A stretch of 64,000 bases of DNA from Opitutaceae bacterium (lineage in GTDB: Bacteria > Verrucomicrobiota > Verrucomicrobiia > Opitutales > Opitutaceae): positions 36,460-100,459 of the forward strand of contig DAIDAF010000013.1 in the NCBI GenBank assembly GCA_027310745.1. The letters are read 5' to 3'. The notes below the pieces were generated by a model, which was not told the origin of the DNA, did not search any database, and saw only the letters and a program-made list of their open reading frames with translations. Both the position numbers and the translations under genes were made by a program. This document shows, one piece after another, positions 1 to 9,961 of the stretch. The stretch's first letter is position 1. Every line of letters begins with the position of its first letter.

Positions 1-1056
1 ATCGAGCTCGGTGCGTTCGAAGACGAGTCCCATGCGGCGCGCAGCCACCAGCTGTGCGATCTCCGAATTCCCGGGGCCGATGAAAAGGACCGGCCTTCCG
101 ACTGCCGCGACGCCGTAGAGCTTGCTCGGAAAAACGGCGGACTCGCACCCGGGCTTGAGCGTGACGAGCTGGATGTCGGCGGCCGAGAGGGAGGAGGCGA
201 GGGCGGCGCGCGGCTGGGCGGGCAGGAAGCGCACATTCTCCAGGCGCAGCCGGCGGGCCTCCTGCTCGAGAGGGGCGCGGGAGGCGCCGCCTCCGACGAA
301 GACAAAGCGGATCCGATCCGCATCCCTCAGGCGTTCCGCGAGCCGGAGCACCGGCTCGAGATCGTGGACGCGGCCGATGTTGCCGCTGTACATGACGACG
401 AGCTCGTCTCCAAAACCCCAGGACGCCCGGAATGCCGCAGACTCCCCGGGTTTCGCCTCGGCGAGTCCTCGGGGCGCCCAGTTGGGCAGGATGCGGATGC
501 GGTCCGCGGGCAGCCGTCGATGCCGGACGAGGGCGGCCATGTCGCTGCCGAGGACCACGCAGCCCGCGCTGTGCCGCCAGGCAAAATCCCTGGGAATACG
601 AAGCAGTCCGAGGAACCGGGCCGCGAGCGGGTGCGGGGAGAGCCGCATGGCGATTTCCGGGTAAATGTCCTGCGCGTAGTGGAACAGCCGCGCGGAACGG
701 AGCGCCGCGACCGGCCACGCGGCAACGCCGGCAAGGGGAGGGTCGGACCACACTGCCAGCGTCGTGCCACGTCGAAGTTCCACAAGGAGCCGAAGCTGCA
801 GGAGGAGGTGGAAAAGGGCGAAGTCGAGGATCCGAAGCGCGACGTGAAAACGTCCGAGGCGGGTGCAGGAAAGCCGGACGATTCGCACGCCGTTGCGAAG
901 CTCGGTTCGCGGCACCTGCCCTCCGGGCGGCCGGCTCGTGATCACGGTCACGCGGTGGCCCCGCGCGGCCAGGCCCTCGGCGAGGTCACCCAGAAGCTGG
1001 GCCGTGGCGGGTTCTTCGGGCCAGTAAACGCGGTTTACGAAAACGTAGGAGCGCAT
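1..1056 (-). CDS. GT4-family glycosyltransferase (WcaI/WbuB-like), partial; C-terminus lies beyond the window edge
   Basis: The minus-strand frame is open from the ATG (1056-1054) to position 1, checked codon by codon. It is absent from the ORF track because there is no stop in the window. The translation starts MRSYVFVNRVYWPEEPATAQLLGDLAEGLAARGHRVTVITS and later shows VVMYSGNIGRVHDL and FPSKLYG, typical of GT4 enzymes. Confidence 0.85.
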   Translation of the reverse strand, partial: MRSYVFVNRVYWPEEPATAQLLGDLAEGLAARGHRVTVITSRPPGGQVPRTELRNGVRIVRLSCTRLGRFHVALRILDFALFHLLLQLRLLVELRRGTTLAVWSDPPLAGVAAWPVAALRSARLFHYAQDIYPEIAMRLSPHPLAARFLGLLRIPRDFAWRHSAGCVVLGSDMAALVRHRRLPADRIRILPNWAPRGLAEAKPGESAAFRASWGFGDELVVMYSGNIGRVHDLEPVLRLAERLRDADRIRFVFVGGGASRAPLEQEARRLRLENVRFLPAQPRAALASSLSAADIQLVTLKPGCESAVFPSKLYGVAAVGRPVLFIGPGNSEIAQLVAARRMGLVFERTELD

Positions 1057-1071
1057 GGGTCCGGCGCAGGA

Positions 1072-1962
1072 TCATCGCCCCGGCGAGGCGTCGCGCCCAT
1101 GGCGTGCCAGCTCCCGGCGTTTGGCCGTGTTCCAGAATTCATAGATCCCCATCAGCCGGCAAAAGACGTATCCGCGGTAGCCGTCGAGGAAGCCCGCCCT
1201 GGCGACGTAGTGATAGAGGAAGCGCAGGGTGGGCCGGAAGGGCAGGCGCTGCGCGAAGGCCTTGAGACGGCGCTTGCGCGCGAGCACCGGTGCGAGCGAC
1301 CCGGCATCGGCGTGATCGCCATCGCCGAAGTCGATCCGGGCCTCCCAATTGCTGTAGCGGTTGTGCTTCTCGATCCACACCTCGATCGACGGAAAGGCGA
1401 AATGCTCCATCTCGTGCGCCAGCCATCCAGCCCGGCCCTGGAGGACGACGTGCTCGTGCACCTCATTGTCGCCGGAGTCACTCCGATCCGTGCCCGGCGG
1501 ACGTTCGTAGCGGCCCTTCGCGTGTCGGAAAAATCGGAGATTCCAGGAGGGGTAGTACCCGCAATGCCTCAGCCAGCCGTCGATGAACCAGAACCTGCGG
1601 TTCACGTAGTACCCCTCGCAGTCGGGCCTCGCGACCTTTTCGGCGAGTTCGTCCGCGAGCTCCGGCGTGATGCGCTCGTCCGCGTCGAGGATGAACACCC
1701 ACTCGTTGCGCCAGTCGACGTGTTCGAGAGCCCAGTTCTTCTTTTTGGGAAAGCGGCCATCCCATTTGAAATCCACCACGCGCGCCCCTAGCGCCCGGGC
1801 CAGGTCGGACGTGCCGTCGGTGCTGCCCGAGTCGACCACCACGACGTCGCTCGCAAACGCGGCCGAGCGGATGCATGCCTCGATGTTTCCGCGCTCGTTC
1901 TTCGCGGGGATCAGGACGGACAGGGGGCAGGAGCCAGGCCGGAGTTCAGTTGAGCGAGGCAT
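1072..1962 (-). CDS. GT2-family glycosyltransferase
   Basis: 296-aa ORF with ATG at 1962. LSVLIPAKNERGNIE, VVVDSGSTDGT and ILDADE (DxD-type) motifs indicate a GT-A fold GT2 enzyme. It overlaps the 3' end of the upstream gene by 17 nt. Confidence 0.85.
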   Translation of the reverse strand: MPRSTELRPGSCPLSVLIPAKNERGNIEACIRSAAFASDVVVVDSGSTDGTSDLARALGARVVDFKWDGRFPKKKNWALEHVDWRNEWVFILDADERITPELADELAEKVARPDCEGYYVNRRFWFIDGWLRHCGYYPSWNLRFFRHAKGRYERPPGTDRSDSGDNEVHEHVVLQGRAGWLAHEMEHFAFPSIEVWIEKHNRYSNWEARIDFGDGDHADAGSLAPVLARKRRLKAFAQRLPFRPTLRFLYHYVARAGFLDGYRGYVFCRLMGIYEFWNTAKRRELARHGRDASPGR

Positions 1963-3394
1963 AGGATACGGCAGCGAAGAAATTGAGCCACCATACGATC
2001 ACGACCGCGAAGTTTCCGAAGGGAAACTCGACCCAGGCGTAGGCAAGGATCAGGCCGCAGCCGACGACGAGGTAACGGGCGAGCAGGCTTTGGACGCGCG
2101 TCCGAACCAGGGAGATGGCCGGGAGCAGGGCGCACAGCCCGATCAGCGAGCTGCCGACGAATCCGAGCTCCGCGAAGGCCTGGAGCCAGTCGGAGTGGGC
2201 GTCCTCGTAGAAAATGGGCAGCAGGTCGCTGCGGGGTTCCGCGCTGTTGTAGCGGTAGAAAATGGTTGGATACGAACCCATGCCCCAGCCGTACACCGGC
2301 TGGTCCCTGCCCATGGCGATCGTGTCGCGGTACAGGGCGAGCCGAGACCCGATCGAACCTTCCTGCTCCATCTGCGCCACCTGGGCCTTCGTGAGGCTCC
2401 AGCGTGCCTTGATCACCGGCCGTCCGAGCCAGAAGACCGCGGCACAGCCGAGGGCGAGTATAGCGACGATCCCGACCAGCGGGAGGGCGGCGGATTCGTT
2501 GTGACTGCGCCGGCTGCGGATCGCACGGATGCCCGCGTGCAGCGCGACGATTCCCAGGAGCGCGACGAGGAGGAGGGTCGACGAGCGGGAGGAACAGAGC
2601 GGGATCGTCGCGGCGAGCAGGAGAATGGCGACGCCTCCGAGGAGAACCGGCGAATGCCAGATGTCGCGGTATTCCCGTTCACCGCGACGGAAGAAATGCC
2701 AGAACAGGCCGAGCGCCGCCGATGTCGACAGGAGCACGTAGGCGCCCCAGTGGTTGTGATAGATGAACGTGGCGAAAAAGGTCGGATTCGTGGAGTGAAC
2801 CAGGCCGAAGTAGAGCCCCTTCGCCCCTGCGAGCTTCTGCAGCGTGCCGAAGATGGCGAGGATCACCGCATTGGCGCCGAGCACGAGCAGGAGCGCCCGC
2901 AGGACGCGGCGCTGGCGGATCACGATGGCGAGATTGAAGGCTGTCAGGTACGCGCAGTCGAAAAGCCAGAGCGCATGCCCCGCGGCGTCCGGGACCGCCG
3001 TGCTCGGAAGCCAGTGCACATAGGAGCCGGTCACGAGCACCTTGTGGACCCCGTCGAACAGCTCCTTCTGGCTGGGATTGAATATCCCGATCGCCACGTA
3101 GAGGTTGAACAGGAGGGCGGGTACGAGCCAGAGGTACCGCTTGCGGGAAGGACGGCGGTGGCCGTCTCGCGGCGTACGCAGGGCGAGCAGGGTGATTCCG
3201 AGCGAGAGGCTGCCCCATGCGAGCAGGGGCAGGCGGAGCCTCAGGTCGTTTCCGCCAAAGTCCCAGGTCGCGGCGATTGCCAGAACCGCGGCGTGGACCA
3301 CGGTCGCCAGCTCGAGCGGCGAAAGCGGGAGCGAGCCGGAGCGGCGCGCGGACTGGCCGGAGCCGTATTTGGACGAAGCGGAGGCGCTGGACAT
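1946..3394 (-). CDS. O-antigen ligase / Wzy_C-family polytopic membrane protein
   Basis: ORF 1946-3547 trimmed to the ATG at 3394 (MSSASAS...), which removes the overlap with the upstream GT4. It has many hydrophobic segments. The YEDAHSDWLQAFAELGFVG region resembles the WaaL/Wzy_C signature loop. Confidence 0.65.
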   Translation of the reverse strand: MSSASASSKYGSGQSARRSGSLPLSPLELATVVHAAVLAIAATWDFGGNDLRLRLPLLAWGSLSLGITLLALRTPRDGHRRPSRKRYLWLVPALLFNLYVAIGIFNPSQKELFDGVHKVLVTGSYVHWLPSTAVPDAAGHALWLFDCAYLTAFNLAIVIRQRRVLRALLLVLGANAVILAIFGTLQKLAGAKGLYFGLVHSTNPTFFATFIYHNHWGAYVLLSTSAALGLFWHFFRRGEREYRDIWHSPVLLGGVAILLLAATIPLCSSRSSTLLLVALLGIVALHAGIRAIRSRRSHNESAALPLVGIVAILALGCAAVFWLGRPVIKARWSLTKAQVAQMEQEGSIGSRLALYRDTIAMGRDQPVYGWGMGSYPTIFYRYNSAEPRSDLLPIFYEDAHSDWLQAFAELGFVGSSLIGLCALLPAISLVRTRVQSLLARYLVVGCGLILAYAWVEFPFGNFAVVIVWWLNFFAAVSYASLN

Positions 3395-3422
3395 GATTGG
3401 GCGGTTGGGCGGCGCGCGGCGT

Positions 3423-4541
3423 TCAGTGCAACAGGGACTCGTAGAACCCGGCCAGCGTCGCTGCGGTGCGGTCCCAGGAGTATTCCCGGACCGCCCAGGC
3501 GCGCGCCGCTTCGCCCCGCTCGCGCAGCGTTTCCTCGCCCAGGGCAAGCGAGGCGAGGAGCGCGTCCTTGTACTCTTCCCATGGGCCGCACCAACCGTAG
3601 TCGGTGTCGTTGATGGCCTTCCATGGCGTCGTGTCGGTGACGAGCACGGGAAGTCCCCAGGCGAGCGCCTCGGCTACGACCATGCCGAAATTCTCGGAAT
3701 GGGACGGGAGGAGGAAGAGGCTTGCCGCCGGATAGGGGGCAGGCGCATCGGAGCCGTCGAACACCTGGACCCGGTCGCTGGCCGAGTTCTGGAGAACGTA
3801 TCCGCGGATCTGTGACACCGAATATTCCTGGGGGATACCGACCAGCATGAGCATCCAGCGGCGCGGAGCATGCTGGGTCCAGAGGTCGATCAGCTCGAGA
3901 ACCCGCTTCTTGTGGTGAAACCGCGAGTAGAAGAGCGCGGTGGGGCGGGAAAAGGCGTCGGGACAGGCCTCTTTCCAGTAGGCGGTTGCCGCGGTCGCCT
4001 GGGCGGGTGTGGGAGGCTCGACTCCATTTGCCGCCAGGCATACCGGCTGGGTGAAGCCGAGCGAGGCGATGTCCTCGGCCTCAATGCGGCTGGTCGCATG
4101 CCAACCCCGGGCCGCGTCGACGGCCTTCGGATGGATGAAGCGGAGCGCGAGCTCCTTTTTCCAGCGGTGGTGATTCCAGGCCCAGCGATTGAGCATTCCG
4201 CGGGGGGAGATGACGTGGGGAACGCCGAGGCGTTCGGCGCACTGGGCGGCGTAGTGGGTCGTGCGGAGCCAGAGCCCGTGGGAATGGACGATGTCGTAGC
4301 GCTCGGAGGCCAGGTGCCGCTTCAGCGCCGGCGAGGCGCAGATCCAGTCGGGCCTGGCCCTGGGAAAGTGTCTCACGGAGAGGCCGGCCTCTTTCGCCTC
4401 GGAGGGGGCGGTCTCGGCGCCGGTGGTGAGCAGATCGACCTGATGCCCCAGGCGTGCCAGAGCGGCCGAGAGCTTGGGCACGGACACGCTCGGACCGCCA
4501 TGGCGAGTTTCGAGGCTGGGGACGATCTGTGCGATTCTCAT
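3423..4541 (-). CDS. GT4-family glycosyltransferase
   Basis: 372 aa. N-terminus MRIAQIVPSLETRHGGPSVSV. EX7E-type motif ENFGMVVAEALAWGLPVLVTD. TAATG start/stop overlap with the upstream acetyltransferase (4539-4543). Confidence 0.88.
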   Translation of the reverse strand: MRIAQIVPSLETRHGGPSVSVPKLSAALARLGHQVDLLTTGAETAPSEAKEAGLSVRHFPRARPDWICASPALKRHLASERYDIVHSHGLWLRTTHYAAQCAERLGVPHVISPRGMLNRWAWNHHRWKKELALRFIHPKAVDAARGWHATSRIEAEDIASLGFTQPVCLAANGVEPPTPAQATAATAYWKEACPDAFSRPTALFYSRFHHKKRVLELIDLWTQHAPRRWMLMLVGIPQEYSVSQIRGYVLQNSASDRVQVFDGSDAPAPYPAASLFLLPSHSENFGMVVAEALAWGLPVLVTDTTPWKAINDTDYGWCGPWEEYKDALLASLALGEETLRERGEAARAWAVREYSWDRTAATLAGFYESLLH

Positions 4542-5113
4542 TAAGTGAGCGGGTCCGGACGGGGTTTGAGGGGACGACAGGGATTACCGGCGCAGATCAT
4601 CGACGGCGGTTGATTTGCGACGACGACGGACCGGGCGCCCACGACACAGAGTTCGCCGATCGTGACTCCGGGGCCGACGAAACAGTCCGCGGCCAGCCAG
4701 GCATTCGCGCCGATTTCAATCGGTTTGGTGACCAGCGGCATGCTCCAGCGGAGGTAGTCGTGGGTACCGGAACACAGGTGGCAGTTTTGGCTCACATTGG
4801 CGCCACGCCTGAGCGTGATCCACCCCAGGTTGTAGACCGTCACGTTCGGCCCCAGCATGGTCCGCGGTTCGAGTCGCAGATTCTGCGGAAATGTGACGCG
4901 GACCGATGGAAAAACGACCACCTCGCGGGGCACGGGAATGTCGGCGCCAAACAGGCGGAGCAGGCGGGCCCGCCATGCATGACAGGGCCGCGGACTCCAG
5001 CGAAACAGGGTGGACTGGACCAATCCCCACACGAGCCGCCGTACGATCGTGCTCCGGGGATACGGCGTCACGCAACCTTGGGCGAGGTAGGGCGGTTCTG
5101 GGGAGGCGGCCAT
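4541..5113 (-). CDS. Hexapeptide-repeat (LbH) acetyltransferase, WcaF-like
   Basis: 190 aa. Left-handed beta-helix repeats (IGANAWLAADCFVGPGVTIGELCVVGARSVV) follow a WcaF-like N-terminal region. Confidence 0.8.
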   Translation of the reverse strand: MAASPEPPYLAQGCVTPYPRSTIVRRLVWGLVQSTLFRWSPRPCHAWRARLLRLFGADIPVPREVVVFPSVRVTFPQNLRLEPRTMLGPNVTVYNLGWITLRRGANVSQNCHLCSGTHDYLRWSMPLVTKPIEIGANAWLAADCFVGPGVTIGELCVVGARSVVVANQPPSMICAGNPCRPLKPRPDPLT

Positions 5114-5134
5114 GGTCCGGTCAGGCTGGTGTGA

Positions 5135-6292
5135 TCACTTGGTTGCCAACGCGAGGGTGGCAAAATCGGCGAGCAGTCGTGAAGCCAAAAGCGGGACGTC
5201 GAAGCGGTAGACGGACTGGCGTGCGGCCTCGGACATGGTGGCGCGGTAGGCGCGGTCCGTGACGAGCCGCGCGAGGGTTCGTGCGAGGCGGTCGGCCGCT
5301 TCCGGTGCACGCGGGTCGAAGATCTCGCCGTTGACTCCGTTCTCGATTAGGTCGGGGACAAAGGGCAGGTCGGACACGACGGGAACGGCCCCCGAGGCCA
5401 TGGCCTCCACGACCGCCAGCGAATAGATCTCGCGCGTTCGTTGCAGGCTCGGGTAGCAGAAGACGTCGATCTCATAGTAGGTCGCGACGAGGCGCTCGGT
5501 CGTGCGAGGCGCCTGCCGGAGAACGAACCGATCCGGGCCCAGGAGCGCGATCAGGCGGCGCTCGACGGCGGTGGCGTACGTCTCGTTCGTCGTGGATCCC
5601 GTCGACGATTCCCGGGCTTTGCTGAAGACCACCCGCCAGGGCTGCGAAAGGCACATGCTCTGCAGCTGCTCGAGCGCCTGGACCAGCACGTCAGTGCCTT
5701 TTTCGGGGTGCAGCCGGCCGAGGTAGCCGATCGTGACCGGATCCTCGGCTTCGACGGAGGGCTTTGCCTTCGACAGCAGCTGCCAGTCAATGGGAAACCC
5801 GACGACGTGGATCTTTGGCGTGAGCTTGGGCATCACGGAGGCGATCGCCGCCTTCACGGGTGAGCTGATGGCCAGGACACTGTCCACCCGTTTCAGGAGT
5901 CGGAAGCGCTTTCGGGACAATCCGGCCGGTGCGACGACGATTCGACCGTATCGGCCGTGTCGGTACCCCAGGCGGAGGGGGACAAAAAGTCCGCCGACCG
6001 TGACGGTGACATCGGAGTCGGGGATGGCCCGCATCGTGCGTCCGGACCAGCGGAAGTCGCGCCACATCGACTTGCCCATGCGCCAGGTGCGGTCAAATCC
6101 CGGCACCCGGATATGGCGTACGCCTTCGCGAAGTTCATGGGCCGGGGTCCCTCGCCAACGGCGAGACAGGATGGTCACCTCATGGCCCTGCTTCGCGAAT
6201 TCGGTGGCGAGCAGATTCCAGGAGCGGGCCGTCGAGTCGCCGGAGTCCGGGGGCATCAGGTCGGCGTGACCCATGACGATCGTGATTCTCAT
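5135..6292 (-). CDS. GT4-family glycosyltransferase
   Basis: 385 aa. MRITIVMGH start, LGRLHPEKGTDVLVQA and the EX7E-like EIYSLAVVEAMASGAVPVVSD motif. Confidence 0.85.
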   Translation of the reverse strand: MRITIVMGHADLMPPDSGDSTARSWNLLATEFAKQGHEVTILSRRWRGTPAHELREGVRHIRVPGFDRTWRMGKSMWRDFRWSGRTMRAIPDSDVTVTVGGLFVPLRLGYRHGRYGRIVVAPAGLSRKRFRLLKRVDSVLAISSPVKAAIASVMPKLTPKIHVVGFPIDWQLLSKAKPSVEAEDPVTIGYLGRLHPEKGTDVLVQALEQLQSMCLSQPWRVVFSKARESSTGSTTNETYATAVERRLIALLGPDRFVLRQAPRTTERLVATYYEIDVFCYPSLQRTREIYSLAVVEAMASGAVPVVSDLPFVPDLIENGVNGEIFDPRAPEAADRLARTLARLVTDRAYRATMSEAARQSVYRFDVPLLASRLLADFATLALATK

Positions 6293-6370
6293 TGGGGGCG
6301 CCGATTCCAGCGGGGACCGGCGGGATGGTCAACGCGCGCGTCGCGTGGGGGCATCGACACCAGCCTGCGC

Positions 6371-7573
6371 TCATTCGGGCTGCCGCCTGAGCCCGATTCC
6401 GGAGAGCGCCCGCAGCAGGCCGTCCGTGGTCGACGCATAGGTGTAACTTGCTGCGCGCCCGCGGGCGCGGTCTCCCGCCGCCGCGAGGTCCGAGGCGAAG
6501 GCGCGCTCGAGCGCTGCGCCCAGGTCATGGCGGTCTCCCGCGCGAAACACCCACCCCGTGACGCCTTCCTCGACGAGATCGCGCTGGCATCCGACGAGGT
6601 CGCTGACGATGCAGGGACGGCCCATGTGCATGGCTTCGTTGATGGCGAGGCCCCAGGTTTCGTAGAGCCCACTCGAAGGGAGGCAGAAGACGTCCGCGGC
6701 CAGGTACCGGGCGGGCATCTCGGACTGGTTGGCAAATGGCAGGAAAAAGACGCGGGACTCGGGATCGCGGGCGGCTCTCATCCGCAGGCGTTCGGAATCC
6801 TGTCCGTCGCCTACGAATACGAGCGCGCGTCCGGGGCGCTGATGGGAGAGGAAGGCCTCGAGCAGCCCCATCGGGTCCTTATCCGGGTGGAGCTTTCCGG
6901 CAAACAGCACGACCCGCTCGTCGTCGGCAATTCCGAGGCGCGCACGCAGGGCCGCGGCCGCCGCGCGAACCGCGGGGTCGGCGGGATTGAAGTGCGCTGC
7001 ATTGACCGAGTGGGGCGCGAAGAACAGGCGAGACTCCGGGACGCCGAATGTCTGGAAATAGTCGTGATTGGCTCGTCCGACGCAGGTCACGGCGGCGAAT
7101 TGCCGGTAGAGCAGTCCGAGCATGATGCGTTTGGCCAGACCCGGACCCCGCGGGCGGCCCAGAAGATGAGAATCACCCCTGAATATGAGCGGCACCCCAT
7201 GCATTCGGGCCCACGCGATCAGACGAAGGTGGCTGCGATAGGCGTATCCAAACAGGAGAATCGCATCCGGGCGCCACGCGTGGAGACGCCGGTTGAGCGT
7301 GGGGTTGTCCAGACCGGAGAAGCGTTCCGTCCCGGGAGAGGCCGAGCGATTTGGGACGAGTTCCCAGTCGTAGCCGCTCACGAGATCGACGTCCCACGCA
7401 AAGGTAGTGCCGAAGCGGGGGTCGCGCTTGGGCGTGATGCCGAAATCCCAGAGGTAGAAGACCCGGAGTTGCACCGCGCCGCTTTCCGCGAGCCAGCGAA
7501 ACCAGGGGCTGTAGTATTGCGTGGGATGTGACACTACGACCGCGAGTCGGGGGCCTTGACGGTCGGCGTTCAT
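6371..7573 (-). CDS. GT4-family glycosyltransferase
   Basis: 400 aa. FAGKLHPDKDPMGLLEAF and ETWGLAINEAMHMGRPCIVSD motifs. ATGA overlap with the upstream gene at 7570-7573. Confidence 0.85.
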   Translation of the reverse strand: MNADRQGPRLAVVVSHPTQYYSPWFRWLAESGAVQLRVFYLWDFGITPKRDPRFGTTFAWDVDLVSGYDWELVPNRSASPGTERFSGLDNPTLNRRLHAWRPDAILLFGYAYRSHLRLIAWARMHGVPLIFRGDSHLLGRPRGPGLAKRIMLGLLYRQFAAVTCVGRANHDYFQTFGVPESRLFFAPHSVNAAHFNPADPAVRAAAAALRARLGIADDERVVLFAGKLHPDKDPMGLLEAFLSHQRPGRALVFVGDGQDSERLRMRAARDPESRVFFLPFANQSEMPARYLAADVFCLPSSGLYETWGLAINEAMHMGRPCIVSDLVGCQRDLVEEGVTGWVFRAGDRHDLGAALERAFASDLAAAGDRARGRAASYTYASTTDGLLRALSGIGLRRQPE

Positions 7574-9105
7574 GCCGGCTTCTCCCGTCGGTGCACGGTC
7601 CGGTCCACGAAGGGTGCGACGGCCATGCAGATCGACACGATCGATTGGAACACCGAGGTCACGAGGACGCTCGCGACCATCTCATAGGACGTGGCCATGC
7701 CCAGAAAGAGCGCGAAAAGGGCAAATCCCTCGAGCGAGAGCAGGGCCTTGTTCTGCGTCATGCGCTCGACCACGGCCATGAATCCGCCGAGGAACAGGCC
7801 GAGGATGATGCTCCCCATGAAGGGGCCATAGTTGCCATACGCCTCGGGCACCAGCCCCCACGCGATGTAGGTCGTGAACGTGGAATGCAGGTCCTGACGT
7901 CCGAAATGCACGTTGAGCATCACCTGCCCCTCGTGTGCGCGGGGTTTCTCCGGCCAGAAGTAGCGCGGAATCAGGAGGGGCGGGATGATTGCGTAGGTCG
8001 CTCCGTTCAGCAGGTCGATGTGCTGGTGCTCGACCGCGTCGATGATGAACAGGAGGTTGCTCAGGTTGTTGACCCGGTCGGCGAGCGACTGCCGGGCCTC
8101 CCGCTCGGCGCGCGTCTCCTCCCGGGGCTCAAACATCATCGTGGTGCTCGCATTGAACCAGTCCGTGTAGATCGTCGGCAGGTTGGTGATCGAGTAGTTG
8201 CGCATCTCGCCCGTATTGGGATTCCAATACTGCATGCGCATCTCGTGTTTGCTCAGGTTGAAGAACGAGAGCACCGCGATCGTGATGACCACGAATTTCC
8301 AGGGAAAGCGACCCGAGCTCCAGAACAGTCCGATCATGACGGATGCAATGTAAATGATCGTGGACGAGAGCAGCAGGGAGGCGGCAGAGACGATGCACTG
8401 GATGGCGAATGCGCTCCAGAAGAAGATCTTGAATGAGCGCTCGATCTCGCCGCTGCCGACGCCCAGGGCCGCGATGAAGAAACCACACATGCTGGCGGCG
8501 CCGGAGACCGCCACGAGGACGGGGTAGGTCCCCTGTGGAAGGACTGCGAAGGCCGGGTCCAGCAATCCGCTCGTGTATGCCAGCTCGTAGACTGTTGTGG
8601 CGGCGACGAGTATCAATCCCAGCTTGCGAAAGGCGCGAAAACCGCCGCGCCTGAGCAGCGTGAGCGTGTAGGAGATCGGCCGGCACGGCGGCACTATCTG
8701 CATCAGAGCGTACCAGCCGGCCGCCATCGCCAGCTGAAACACGAGCAACTCCATGCCCGCGGTCTGGAATTCGCTCCGCGGATACTTGGTGAGGGCCTCG
8801 TTCGCCGTGACGATTGGAATTCCGTAGGCCAGGAGGTGCTGGATCGCCATGGTGGGCAGGAGCGGTACGCCCTTCCCATTGACGGACCACAGGTGCAGCA
8901 CCAGGAAGGTGCCGATCGACGTGAGGATGAACGTCGAGGCTCCGAGGCGGTTGGTGAAAAAGTAATACGCACCCAACAGGCCCAGAAGGGCGCCGAGCCA
9001 CAGCTTGGAATCGGCGATGAATATCCGGACATTCCTCGCGAGATCCGCGACGGTGGTCTGTTCGTCGATGTGGAGCGGTCTGGTCTTAAACCGGGGGAGG
9101 TTCAA
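7570..9105 (-). CDS. Uncharacterised polytopic membrane protein (candidate polymerase/GT-C-like) with a soluble loop
   Basis: 511-aa ORF with more than 10 hydrophobic segments and a ~90-aa charged loop (HEMRMQYWNPNTGEMRNY...EETRAEREARQSLADR). The track start codon is TTG (9105-9103), so the start is uncertain. I recognise no family motif. Confidence 0.6.
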   Translation of the reverse strand: MNLPRFKTRPLHIDEQTTVADLARNVRIFIADSKLWLGALLGLLGAYYFFTNRLGASTFILTSIGTFLVLHLWSVNGKGVPLLPTMAIQHLLAYGIPIVTANEALTKYPRSEFQTAGMELLVFQLAMAAGWYALMQIVPPCRPISYTLTLLRRGGFRAFRKLGLILVAATTVYELAYTSGLLDPAFAVLPQGTYPVLVAVSGAASMCGFFIAALGVGSGEIERSFKIFFWSAFAIQCIVSAASLLLSSTIIYIASVMIGLFWSSGRFPWKFVVITIAVLSFFNLSKHEMRMQYWNPNTGEMRNYSITNLPTIYTDWFNASTTMMFEPREETRAEREARQSLADRVNNLSNLLFIIDAVEHQHIDLLNGATYAIIPPLLIPRYFWPEKPRAHEGQVMLNVHFGRQDLHSTFTTYIAWGLVPEAYGNYGPFMGSIILGLFLGGFMAVVERMTQNKALLSLEGFALFALFLGMATSYEMVASVLVTSVFQSIVSICMAVAPFVDRTVHRREKPA

Positions 9106-9196
9106 TTCGGAGGAAGGTTGGGCGGGCCGTCGGCCTGGGCAGTGAAGTGTACGCGGCGCGTGGGTTGGGCAATGAAATTGGTCGCAAGCCTTGGGG

Positions 9197-9961
9197 TCAG
9201 CGTTCGAAGAAGAGCTCGACGGGGTCTTTGAACAGGCTTCTGAAATCGGCCGGGAGCGTGGGCTCGGTGAACGGCGGCAACGGGAGTAGCTGGGAGGTGT
9301 GTGCGGCGATGGCTGTGCGCTTGACGGCTTCCACGCCGCGAATGTCGACCGCGAAAATCCCTGGGTAATGGAACGCGGCCTTCACGAGGGGGCGCACCTG
9401 CCAGCGGGCCCAAATCGGATACTCCAAAATGCGCGGATGCTGCGAGGCGGTTCGCAGCGCCTCGTCCAGGCATTCGGTCACCCGGTCATGCTCCGAGCTG
9501 CCATCGCGGGCGAGAGGCGCAAGGATCGTGTCAGGCTGCGTGGCGCGAATCAGGTCGGCCAGGTCGGCGACGAGGCGGGCCCGGGCCGCGTCCGAGAGCT
9601 CGCCGAGGCGGCCGTCTTCGTAGCCCAGAAATCGAAGTTCACCGGCCGGCACGCCGAGCCGGAGCGCCGCCAGCTCCGCCTCTCCCCGGCGCATCGCCGC
9701 AATCTGGTCCGGATCGTGAAGGGGATGGCCCGGGTGTGAGGCGCGCCCGTCCGTGACCATGGCAATCTGCACGGTCCCACTCTGCCCGGTCAGGCGTGCG
9801 ATCGTTCCCCCGCAGCCGAGAGATTCGTCATCCGGGTGAGGGGCGACAACCAGCACGCGTCCCAGCGTTGAGGGGGACAGTTCCTCCGCCCGAACGCGAA
9901 GCACCAGCGAAACCGCGCGACTTGCCGCGATGCGCAGGTGTGATTTGAGGCTCCCGATCAT
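9197..9961 (-). CDS. PIG-L / LmbE-family N-acetylglucosaminyl deacetylase
   Basis: ORF 9197-10435 trimmed to the ATG at 9961 (MIGSLKSH). VLVVAPHPDDESLGCGGTIARL is the PIG-L signature. TGATG overlap with the upstream gene stop (9959-9963). Confidence 0.85.
   Translation of the reverse strand: MIGSLKSHLRIAASRAVSLVLRVRAEELSPSTLGRVLVVAPHPDDESLGCGGTIARLTGQSGTVQIAMVTDGRASHPGHPLHDPDQIAAMRRGEAELAALRLGVPAGELRFLGYEDGRLGELSDAARARLVADLADLIRATQPDTILAPLARDGSSEHDRVTECLDEALRTASQHPRILEYPIWARWQVRPLVKAAFHYPGIFAVDIRGVEAVKRTAIAAHTSQLLPLPPFTEPTLPADFRSLFKDPVELFFER

Noticed and set aside
364-1791. 475-aa plus-strand ORF, with neighbouring long plus-strand ORFs at 1667-3613 and 5957-7531
   Set aside because: They lie antisense to clearly recognisable glycosyltransferase and ligase genes. 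The translations are Arg/Gly/Pro/Ala-rich with no motifs. This is the typical GC-driven open antisense frame.
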